IMG/VR virus record: IMGVR_UViG_3300001530_000094
DNA length: 64,000 nucleotides
From: a virus
Direction: 5' to 3' (one strand)
This document shows, piece by piece, positions 18,468 to 26,494 of this stretch (positions are counted from its first letter, which is position 1; each line of letters starts with the position of its first letter). The translations under genes were made by a program, and so were the position numbers. The notes beneath the pieces were generated by a model. The model saw only the letters and a program-made list of their open reading frames with translations, made no database searches and was not told where the DNA came from.

Positions 18468-18773
18468 ATGAATGAATTAAAGCGGTTGCAGCAAGAAATC
18501 TTAGAAAATAAGAAGAGACACGGATTTAATACAACAAACATTGAACAGGAATTTTGTTACTTATATGGAGAAGTTTCAGAAGCATACGAAGCGTATTATA
18601 AACAGAAAGACTCTTTATCTGAAGAATTAGCAGATGTAGCTATTTTTCTTTTAGGACTCTCAGAGATTTTAGGAATAGACCTTTATGAAGAGATAGAAAG
18701 AAAAGTTGTTATAAATTCTCAGAGAGTATACAGCTTCAATGATAACGGCAAACCGATAAGAACAGAAGGGTAA
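18468..18773 (+). CDS. mazG: MazG-like nucleoside triphosphate pyrophosphohydrolase
   Basis: EFCYLYGEVSEAYEAY and EELADVAIFLLGLSEILGIDL match the all-alpha NTP-PPase EExxE/D helices. This is the only zero-frame CGG (18483-18485) that must be read through in frame. Confidence 0.7.
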   Translation: MNELKRLQQEILENKKRHGFNTTNIEQEFCYLYGEVSEAYEAYYKQKDSLSEELADVAIFLLGLSEILGIDLYEEIERKVVINSQRVYSFNDNGKPIRTEG

Positions 18774-18780
18774 TTACTTA

Positions 18781-18805
18781 CTTAGAGGAGATTTTCTCCT
18801 CTAAG
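18781..18805 (+). terminator. Strong hairpin after mazG with no U tract
   Basis: CTTAGAGGAGA / TCTCCTCTAAG 11-bp stem with a 3-nt loop. It is followed directly by the AGCATATTAT promoter-like motif rather than by T residues. Confidence 0.4.
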
Positions 18806-18827
18806 CATATTATAAATAGGTGATAAC

Positions 18828-19133
18828 ATGGATGATTTAGAAAAAGAATTACAAAGACAGAAAGAATTTTTTCATCTTTTAGATTTAAGAGCAGAAAGAG
18901 ACCAGATAAGAGCAAAGCAAATGACTCAAACTATAATTCTTTGGGAAATAGTAGTATTTGCTATTTTAGCATCTCAGATTGCTAGAGCAGTGAATTTTAT
19001 ATCTATAACAACTCATGGAATAATATCTTTAACTATTCTTATTGCTCAATTTATAGCAATTCATTATATAAAAAGAAAAGCAGATGAAAAAATTAAAAAT
19101 AATAGAGAATTTCAAAGACATAATATAAAATAA
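18828..19133 (+). CDS. Membrane protein (two TM helices)
   Basis: AGGTG upstream. Hydrophobic segments IILWEIVVFAILASQIA and IISLTILIAQFIAI. Confidence 0.45.
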   Translation: MDDLEKELQRQKEFFHLLDLRAERDQIRAKQMTQTIILWEIVVFAILASQIARAVNFISITTHGIISLTILIAQFIAIHYIKRKADEKIKNNREFQRHNIK

Positions 19134-19643
19134 AGCATATTATATATTATAAAGAGTTCGCAAAACTTTATTTTTCGTTCAATGTTTTAGCATTGAATAT
19201 TTAGGAAGAACTTTATTACATGTATATTCTTAGACGCATTCAAATAAGACATTTAAGAAAGTGGAAAGTTCATAGTTAGAATTGGGGTTGTTCTAATTTA
19301 TTTAGGGTTTGACTTCACAAAGCTCATTCACAAGATTATAGAAAGCGTTCATAACTCCTATAATTTATAAAAGGTGCTAATAGTCATCAGAATGAGTACC
19401 TGGCTGTAGTAGTTCTACAGAACTTTGGCCCATAGAATTAAGATAACTTCAGTTTATGGGGTGGCTCTAAGGAAATCATAACTTAGAGTGCGATAGATAT
19501 AATAAACTACTATACAGCAAGAATATTTATATTATGCGCAGGAAATATAAGTGTTCTTAGTAGATATCTATTTCGGTCAGAGATAATTCATAAACTCTGA
19601 TAAGGTGGTTTTAAATAGTTGTACCCATTAAACAACTATATAT

Positions 19644-19718
19644 GCTTCCTTAGTATAATGGTTATTACTACTGACTTGTAATCAGTGAATGTTTGTTCGA
19701 TTCAAACAGGAAGCTCCA
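19644..19718 (+). tRNA. tRNA-Thr (anticodon UGU) with encoded CCA
   Basis: Hand-folded cloverleaf: acceptor GCTTCCT/AGGAAGC, D stem GTA/TAC with GG in the loop, anticodon stem ACTGA/TCAGT with loop CTTGTAA, T arm GTTTG-TTCGATT-CAAAC, discriminator T, then CCA. Confidence 0.85.
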
Positions 19719-19817
19719 GCTGGTCCATCACCAGCTACAATAAATCCATCAGACTCTTTAAATAGAGTCACACTGAAGGTTTATAGCTGTACCTATCCCA
19801 GAAACAGCTAATTATTT

Positions 19818-19896
19818 CAGGAGACAGTGTAGAGTGCACGTCAGTAATCCCACGGAGGACGAGATAGTGTTGGTTTAAATCCAACTCTCCTGACCA
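19818..19896 (+). ncRNA. tRNA-like element 2 (canonical acceptor and T arms plus CCA, no canonical anticodon arm)
   Basis: Acceptor CAGGAGA/TCTCCTG (7 bp), T arm GTTGG-TTTAAAT-CCAAC, discriminator A, then CCA. The length is 76 nt, but nt 19839-19868 cannot form a 5-bp/7-nt anticodon stem-loop, and the T loop has T where C56 is expected. Confidence 0.4.
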
Positions 19897-20163
19897 TCAG
19901 GCCACAGCTCTTTGGTCTGTTTACTTCTATTTTAAGTTAGCTGATATCTTAAAATAGTAGCTAAAAATCAGAATTAGGGTACCTTCTCATACAAAGGTCA
20001 CAGTGTATGACAAATCAATTAGTAATTAAGTGGAATCCAGTTGACTACGAGGATGAAACGAAAAGAATAGAGTTTGAGATAAAGTTGACGTAGTCTAAAA
20101 AGGTACTTTATGAAAACTTAGGTTAGTTTTATTCTAATTGTTCTTTAACTAACCAGTGCACAC

Positions 20164-20227
20164 AGCGGTATAGCTTAATGGTAGAGCAGAGGTAATCTAG
20201 ATGGAGGTTCGATTCCTTCTACCGTTG
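20164..20227 (+). ncRNA. tRNA-like element 3 (64 nt, anticodon arm replaced by a 15-nt linker)
   Basis: Acceptor AGCGGTA/TACCGTT (one G-U), D arm GCTT-AATGGTA-GAGC, T arm GGAGG-TTCGATT-CCTTC. Only 15 nt (AGAGGTAATCTAGAT) sit where about 22 nt of anticodon arm plus variable loop are expected. No CCA is encoded. Confidence 0.35.
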
Positions 20228-20390
20228 CTGAACAGGACAGTTTTAAAACCACTTGGAAGGAAAACCAAGCACAAACCCTCGGAGAAGATTAGTACTATTC
20301 CGCCTAAGTAAAAGTAGGGGAGGACTAGTACATAATTCTCTCTATAATTCTTTTAAGTCATCGTTATCTGATGATGAAAATAATCCTATG

Positions 20391-20420
20391 AGAGCGGGAG
20401 CTACATCCGCTCTTTATTTA
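20391..20420 (+). terminator. Rho-independent terminator closing the non-coding unit
   Basis: AGAGCGG / CCGCTCT stem (20391-20397 / 20407-20413) followed by TTATTTA. Confidence 0.7.
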
Positions 20421-20483
20421 TGTCATTTTAAAACTTGTTATAAATTATATTAAGAGTAGAAAATTCATAGGAGGTTTGTAGTA

Positions 20484-22441
20484 ATGTCGAGTTCAGTTCA
20501 AGCTACATATAGTGTGCAAATAGAGCAATCTATTCAAGACACTATTAATTACATAACTAAGACTAAAAGTATGACTTTAAAGAAAAATAAAAAGAAGAAA
20601 AAGAAAAAACAAACTGAAGAACAGTTTAAAAGAGAACATGCTTTAGATAAAGTAGTGAATAATTTACTACAGATGAAAGAAGGAGAGAGAAAAGCTCAAT
20701 TAGTGAGACCTATAATACCTATTAGAGAATGGTTAGGAAACGAGTATTATTGTGGTTCAGAAGTATTTAATTTATATCCTTTTTGGAAAGAACACTTGAT
20801 AAGAATATATGAATCTCCAGTCTTAATAAATGAAATAATTCTTACTGGAGGTCTAGGAACTGGTAAAACAACTTTTGCAAATGCTGTTATACTAAGAAAA
20901 ATATATGAACTCAGTTGTTACATGAATGTGCCAGCTTTATTTAATCTTTTACCAACATCTTTGATGTTATTTGCATATTTCAATTTAAACTTAGAGCAAG
21001 CCAATTTAACAGGTTATGGACAACTTAAAAATATGATTGATACTTCTAAATATTTTCAAGAAATATTTCCTAGAAATCAAAAAATTAATTCATCTATTGA
21101 TTTTACTCAAGCTAATATGATGGTAAGATTTGCTTCTAATGAGTCTCACATTATAGGAACTAACTTATTTGGAGCAATACTAGATGAAGCTAACTTCTAT
21201 AAAGGAGATGGTCAATCTACTACAGAAAAAGCAGGAGAAGCACAATCTCAAGCAAGACAAATTTATACAGCTATAAGAAATAGACGGAAAATCCAGATTT
21301 ACTAGCTCTGGAGAAAATAATTCTCTTTCTATATTAGTATCTTCTACTATGTATGACTCTTCATTCACTAATGAAAGAATTAAACTAACTGAAGAAGACC
21401 CTCACACTTATGTAATCAATGCAAGAGTATGGGATGTAAAACCTAAAGGAACTTTTCCAGAAGAAAGATTTTATGTATTTGCTGGAAATTCAGAATTAGA
21501 CCCATTTATTATTACTAATCAAAAAGAAATGCAAGATGTTTATAATTCTTTTTATTTAGATTTAAAAGCTTCTGGAAATATAAAAGAAGATATAGCAAAA
21601 ATTCCTTCACAATTTCAAGATAGAGTAGTTGCACTACCAATAAATTACAGAAAAGATTTTGAAACTAATATTATTAAATCTTTACAAGATATTGCTGGTA
21701 CTTCAGTAGCTCCAGAAGGTAGACTATTTAGTAGTAGAGTACACTATAAAAATTGTATCTATTCAGAAACAAATCCAGTATTTACTAAAGATGAGATAGT
21801 TATATCTACTGCATCAGATATACTACCTCAAGACTATGTGAGAAAGGACTATGTGCCAGACCAACCTAATAAGAAAAGATACATACACTTTGACCAGTCT
21901 TTATCTGGAGATAGTTATGGAATTGCATGTACCTATGTAGATGATGTAATTACTGATAGTAGCGGATTATTATTACTTTTCTTAAAAGTAGAATGGATGT
22001 TAAGAATAAATCCACCTAAACCACCAGCTAAAATAGATTTAGCAAAAGTTAGAACTATAATTAAATATTTTGAAGAAGTTCATGGAATTACTTGGGGAAC
22101 AATTTCATACGATACATTTCAGTCTGCAGAAGCTATGCAAGAGTTAGAAAAGTCAGGCTACAATGTTCAAGCTCGTTCTGTAGATAAAACTGATGAAGCT
22201 TATTTGACTTTATGTCAATACATATATGATGGAAGAATAGAATTTCCTAGGCATCCTGTATTTGAAGAAGAACTTTTTGGTTTAATGCACTATAGGTCTA
22301 GACATAAAGTAGACCACTTACCTGGAAAGTCTAAAGACGTTCGGAGATGGTGTAGCCGGTTCTATAATGAATGCAATAGAAGATCCTAATAATATTATAG
22401 ATGCTCAAATGGAAGGAGACTTAGAGTTGTTATTTACATAA
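20484..22441 (+). CDS. terL: Terminase large subunit, interrupted twice at CGG codons (+1 shifts needed)
   Basis: Segments 20484-21284, 21286-22341 and 22343-22441. Walker A GGLGTGKTT and Walker B GAILDEANF. Junction 1 reads AIRNR-G-KSRFTSSGENNSLSILVSST. Junction 2 reads GKSKDV-G-DGVAGSIMNAIEDP...LLFT*. Confidence 0.85.
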
Positions 22442-22481
22442 TATATTATAATAAGAGAATAAAAGAAAAAGAGGTGCAAAA

Positions 22482-24470
22482 ATGGCAAATAGATTTGGAA
22501 GAAGAAATAAAAAAGAAGATATAAAACCTGAAAATACTTCTCATACAGCTGAGTATTTATTAGAAAGTGACCAATCAGCTACAATTAATGGTCATCAAGC
22601 TTATAATTTCTTACAAGGTATAAGAAGTGTAGATGGCAATTACATAAACAATGATTTACTAATGGATAAGATGTGTCAGGATTCAGTCATATCTGCAGCT
22701 TTAGATATATGGACAGAAGATGCTCTTCAAAAAGACCCTTTTACTGGTGAAATGTTTATTGTAGATGTAGATACAGTAGAAGATGACCCTGTAGCTAAAA
22801 AACTTTCAGATGGTTTATCTAAAAGACTAAATCATTTATTGAAGAAAGATTTAAGAGCAGAAAAATATCTAGCTACTTGGTGTAAAAGAGTGTTAAAGTA
22901 TGGTAATTGTTATTTAAAATTAGATTTTGCAGATAAGTTAACTGATGAAAAACTTAAACTTAAAGAATCTGTATCTGATAAAGAAAGATTTGAAAAAATA
23001 GCTATTAAAACTATAGCTATGATGACTAACAATGAAGATTCTAAATTAGATTATGCTTTTGATAATCCTCAAAAAATGTTGCCTAAAGGGAAACTAAATG
23101 AAGCATATAAAGTAGATTATGAGTCTATGATGAGAAATAATATAAGTGTACCTAAAGAAGAAAAATTTACAACTGAAGTACTAAAAGAAGATGTTTTAAC
23201 TAGTAAACAGGAAGAAAAGACAGTTAGAGGTAGATGGTATACTGAAATTTTAGGACATGGAACTAATATTTATGAATTATCTAGTAAACAGAAAGTAGTT
23301 GCTTACATAGATAGAGATGCTCCTAATAAATTTATAAAACCTGACAATATAATAAATTTTGCTAATAATACAGGAAAACATAGAGTATCTTTTGAAGTTG
23401 GAGATGTATCTGATAAAGTAAATCAAAAAGAGTATTATTCTTTAGAAAGAGGAGAAGGTTTCTTAGAAAATGCTATGGTTGCGTGGCAAGTTCTTTCAGC
23501 CTTAGAAGATATTTTATTACTTACTAGAATGACTCGTTCTATACTATACAGAATATTTTCTATAGAGGTAGGTAACAAAGGAAATAAAGAAACAGCTCAG
23601 ATTCTAGATAGATTAAAAAATAGATTAAAAATGGAAGAAACTATAGATATAAGAAGTAGAATATATAATAGTACTTTAACTCAAGTTCCTTTAGCTGATT
23701 CAGTATTTATTCCAACACATAATGGTGTAGGTGTAACTGATGTTAAAACTGTTGGAGGAGATGTAAATCTTAGAGATGCTATAGATTTAGACTATTTTAG
23801 AGACAAATTACATTCAGCTTTAAGAATCCCAGCTCCATACCTATCATACACAGAATCTTTACCTGGAGGAATAGGAGATAGTTCTTTAACTAGAATGGAC
23901 ATTAGATATTCTAGAACAGTTGCTAGAATTAAAGCAATTTTAGCAGAAGGACTAAAAGATATTTGTATAAGATATTTACAGTTAACTATAGGAGATAGAG
24001 CTTTCGAAGAATTACCTGATTTTAGAATTAAGTTTGCTAGCACTAACTCAGCAGAAGATATATCTAGAGCTAATTTACAACAAACTTTTATGGAGACATT
24101 ACAAAAGTCTTTAAACACATTGAAAGAATTAGGTATAGATATAGCTACAAATCCAGAAGGATATAAGAAGACTAGAGAAACTTTAATTAATGAATATTTT
24201 GGTAATACTTTAGCTGAAGCTATAAAAGCAGATGAAAGACTTACTTCAGTAACAGCTCCTACAGAGTTAGCAAATGATAAAACTGGAGGAAATAGTGGAC
24301 CTTCTGATATGGGACCAGACACAGAGATAAACATAGACAGTGGACCTAGCGGAATGGGACCAGAAGCTCCAGAAGAAGGAGAAATACCTGAAGAAGATTT
24401 AGATAATGTAGAAGTAGGACCAGAGACTGGACCAGCTCCAGACACAGAAACAACTAATGAATTATCTTAG
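22482..24470 (+). CDS. Portal protein (candidate)
   Basis: A 662-aa ORF immediately after terL with an acidic/Pro-rich C-terminal tail. The call rests on position and size. Confidence 0.55.
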   Translation: MANRFGRRNKKEDIKPENTSHTAEYLLESDQSATINGHQAYNFLQGIRSVDGNYINNDLLMDKMCQDSVISAALDIWTEDALQKDPFTGEMFIVDVDTVEDDPVAKKLSDGLSKRLNHLLKKDLRAEKYLATWCKRVLKYGNCYLKLDFADKLTDEKLKLKESVSDKERFEKIAIKTIAMMTNNEDSKLDYAFDNPQKMLPKGKLNEAYKVDYESMMRNNISVPKEEKFTTEVLKEDVLTSKQEEKTVRGRWYTEILGHGTNIYELSSKQKVVAYIDRDAPNKFIKPDNIINFANNTGKHRVSFEVGDVSDKVNQKEYYSLERGEGFLENAMVAWQVLSALEDILLLTRMTRSILYRIFSIEVGNKGNKETAQILDRLKNRLKMEETIDIRSRIYNSTLTQVPLADSVFIPTHNGVGVTDVKTVGGDVNLRDAIDLDYFRDKLHSALRIPAPYLSYTESLPGGIGDSSLTRMDIRYSRTVARIKAILAEGLKDICIRYLQLTIGDRAFEELPDFRIKFASTNSAEDISRANLQQTFMETLQKSLNTLKELGIDIATNPEGYKKTRETLINEYFGNTLAEAIKADERLTSVTAPTELANDKTGGNSGPSDMGPDTEINIDSGPSGMGPEAPEEGEIPEEDLDNVEVGPETGPAPDTETTNELS

Positions 24471-24481
24471 GAGGATAGCTT

Positions 24482-24691
24482 ATGGATATTCCAAGTTATG
24501 AAGAAACTTTATGTCCATGCTGTAAAAATAGAGAAATTTGTAATCATAATAAGTATACAGAAAAAATTAGACATACTACAGATTTTACAGGAGACATGAA
24601 AGTGTCTAAGTGTAAATACTATGTATATAATAAGGAGAGACAAAATGAAATTAATAGAAGAGAAAGTATTTTCTTTATTGGACAAGACTGA
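24482..24691 (+). CDS. Small Cys-rich protein
   Basis: CPCCKNREICNH plus a distal C-K-C, possibly a zinc ribbon. Confidence 0.35.
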   Translation: MDIPSYEETLCPCCKNREICNHNKYTEKIRHTTDFTGDMKVSKCKYYVYNKERQNEINRRESIFFIGQD

Positions 24692-25496
24692 AAGAGAGAC
24701 TCCTAAATTAGCAGGTAGAGCAGATTTTATCTATCCTAAATATATAGGACTAAGTAAGAAAGGAATTTTTCATTTTAAAACTAATTCTCAGAGTAGACCA
24801 GGATATTCTTGGTATCAAACTATAGAGATTAAAAATATGAGAACTTTAGCTCTTACTACAGATGAAATTACTGCTGATACAATAAAGAGATGGTTTGAAA
24901 TAGCAGATGTAAATATATATTGTTCTGATGAATCATATTTGTATTACGCATTTCAATATATGGGAACTCAAAGAGATTACAATGACCCAGAACAACCAGA
25001 AACTAGAGCTCCTAAAAGAAACAATACTAAATTAGCAGGTGGTCTTTGTAAACACTTAGTTTCTATAATAGAACACTTGCAAATAGGTGAGTTTTATGAA
25101 CAAATGGCAAAAGATGTTAATAACTGGAAACAGTACACATTAGGAAATGCATATAGGTCATTTAATAGAGGAAGAAATATGGGACAATATAACAAAAGAG
25201 AGAAAGAAATTGACTGGAAGAAGATTGATAGCTTTGTTGATGAGGCTCTTTGGGCAAGACATAATTTTGCTCAGTTCTTACGTTCAAACAATATAAAGAA
25301 AGATATGTATGCGGAGATAAATAGACTACAACAAGCTGGAGAAGATATGACTCTAGATGATTTCTTAGAAGATGAGTTCGGACTTACTCTTCAAGATTTA
25401 GCATCAGAAATAGGGGTAGAAGAAAAAGCTTTAGATGATTATTTTAAACAAACATACGGATTAACAAATACACAGGGTATAGGAAATTTAAGTTAA
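24645..25496 (+). CDS. Hypothetical head-module protein
   Basis: The ATG at 24645 follows AAGGAGAG and is in frame with track ORF 24621. No motif recognised. Confidence 0.4.
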   Translation: MKLIEEKVFSLLDKTERETPKLAGRADFIYPKYIGLSKKGIFHFKTNSQSRPGYSWYQTIEIKNMRTLALTTDEITADTIKRWFEIADVNIYCSDESYLYYAFQYMGTQRDYNDPEQPETRAPKRNNTKLAGGLCKHLVSIIEHLQIGEFYEQMAKDVNNWKQYTLGNAYRSFNRGRNMGQYNKREKEIDWKKIDSFVDEALWARHNFAQFLRSNNIKKDMYAEINRLQQAGEDMTLDDFLEDEFGLTLQDLASEIGVEEKALDDYFKQTYGLTNTQGIGNLS

Positions 25497-25511
25497 AGGA
25501 GGTAGACATAA

Positions 25512-26426
25512 ATGCCATTATTTACTAATTATGGAAAACCTAAAGGACTTATAGTAAATTTCATGAAAGATATAGAACAAAGATATATACCAGCTCTCAA
25601 CCAGCAGCTAGATACAAATATAAATAACTATCCATCTCTTACTAGAGAGACTTATGCGGTATATCAAGATGAAGAACAAGGAGTGTCAATAGAAATATCT
25701 AGTAATCATAGAGATATAGAAAATAGAGGAGACTTATTCGTAGCTGTATCTTATGATGGAATGAAAGAAGATGCTGGTATAATAGATTTAGACAATTTAC
25801 AAGATGCTGTAAATATCACTCAATATTCTCTTCAAGAATTAGGCTTTAAAACACCTGAAGATAAGAAAAATGATGAAGCTGATGCAGAAGCTAAAGCAAT
25901 GCAAGATAAAATAAACAAAGACTTAGAGGATAGAAAGAAAGCTGAAAGAAGAGATGAAATACTAAGACAAGCAGAAGAAAGAAATCGAGGGACAGAAAAC
26001 CAGTCTGACATAGAGACAGAACCTGAAGAAGACAATTATGAAGAAGAAAAAGATGAGTATGTTTCAGAGTTAAACAAAAAACTAACTTTTTTAAGTAAAG
26101 AAGCAGAAGGTGCTGTTGCAGAATTAGAATGGCTTACTCTTCCTGATAATATTCAAGGAAATTCTGCTGAATTTATACATATAGAGATGAATTTTACTCA
26201 TGTGTCTGGTGAAAACTTTTTAATAGAAACTAAAAGAATAAATCCTAAAATACAGACTATTTGTAATATTCAAGATTGTATTGGATATGCAAATAAAGTG
26301 TCTGACAAACTTAAAGTAACTCCAACTATTATAATGAAGGATGAAAGAGGAAGAGATTTAGAACTTCCTAAGAATATGAAGGAACCTGAGGATGACTCAG
26401 ATGATGATTTTTCAATTAATATATAA
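25512..26426 (+). CDS. Highly acidic protein (scaffold-like composition)
   Basis: AGGAGG upstream. There is a central Glu/Asp/Lys-rich coiled segment. The function is inferred only from composition and position. Confidence 0.35.
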   Translation: MPLFTNYGKPKGLIVNFMKDIEQRYIPALNQQLDTNINNYPSLTRETYAVYQDEEQGVSIEISSNHRDIENRGDLFVAVSYDGMKEDAGIIDLDNLQDAVNITQYSLQELGFKTPEDKKNDEADAEAKAMQDKINKDLEDRKKAERRDEILRQAEERNRGTENQSDIETEPEEDNYEEEKDEYVSELNKKLTFLSKEAEGAVAELEWLTLPDNIQGNSAEFIHIEMNFTHVSGENFLIETKRINPKIQTICNIQDCIGYANKVSDKLKVTPTIIMKDERGRDLELPKNMKEPEDDSDDDFSINI

Positions 26427-26494
26427 AATTTATTGTTTACTATTTAAAAGTGTCTTAGAATTTACTCTGAAAAATAGAAAGTAGGTGTAAAAGA

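Larger units (their letters stand above)
19134..20420 (+). ncRNA. ORF-free, hairpin-dense non-coding transcription unit (tRNA plus candidate large structured RNA)
   Basis: It begins at the AGCATATTAT promoter-like motif (19134-19143) and ends at a GC-rich terminator (20391-20420). It is visibly more G+C-rich than its flanks, contains more than 15 perfect 6-12-bp stems, and holds one tRNA and two tRNA-like elements. Confidence 0.55.

Noticed and set aside
20299-20302. A search for a tRNA able to read CGGN: anticodon-like TCCG or ACCG in a loop flanked by a 5-bp stem. The hits were TTCCGCC at 20298-20304, CATCCGCTC at 20404-20412 and TACCGTT at 20220-20226.
   Set aside because: The first lies in an irregular hairpin with no acceptor or T arm. 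The second is the terminator stem. The third is the acceptor stem of tRNA-like element 3. None forms an anticodon loop, so no quadruplet-decoding tRNA can be claimed from this window.
20253-20453. The 66-aa plus-strand ORF inside the non-coding locus.
   Set aside because: It has a TTG start without an SD and it runs through the GC-rich terminator hairpin (20391-20413) and other stems. Its Arg/Ser-rich translation does not look like the neighbouring proteins. It is more likely part of the structured RNA or its 3' region.
20581-20612. The long A-rich run (AAAAATAAAAAGAAGAAAAAGAAAAAAC) early in terL as a potential transcriptional or translational slippage site.
   Set aside because: The reading frame stays open across it and encodes a plausible Lys-rich linker (KKNKKKKKKKQ). 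There is no evidence of a frame change.
21288-21291. The A4 run (cggAAAAtcc) as a slippery site or homopolymer error explaining the first terminase frame break.
   Set aside because: The same break is equally explained by the CGG at 21285, and the other 11 breaks have a CGG but no homopolymer. The CGG explanation is therefore the parsimonious one.
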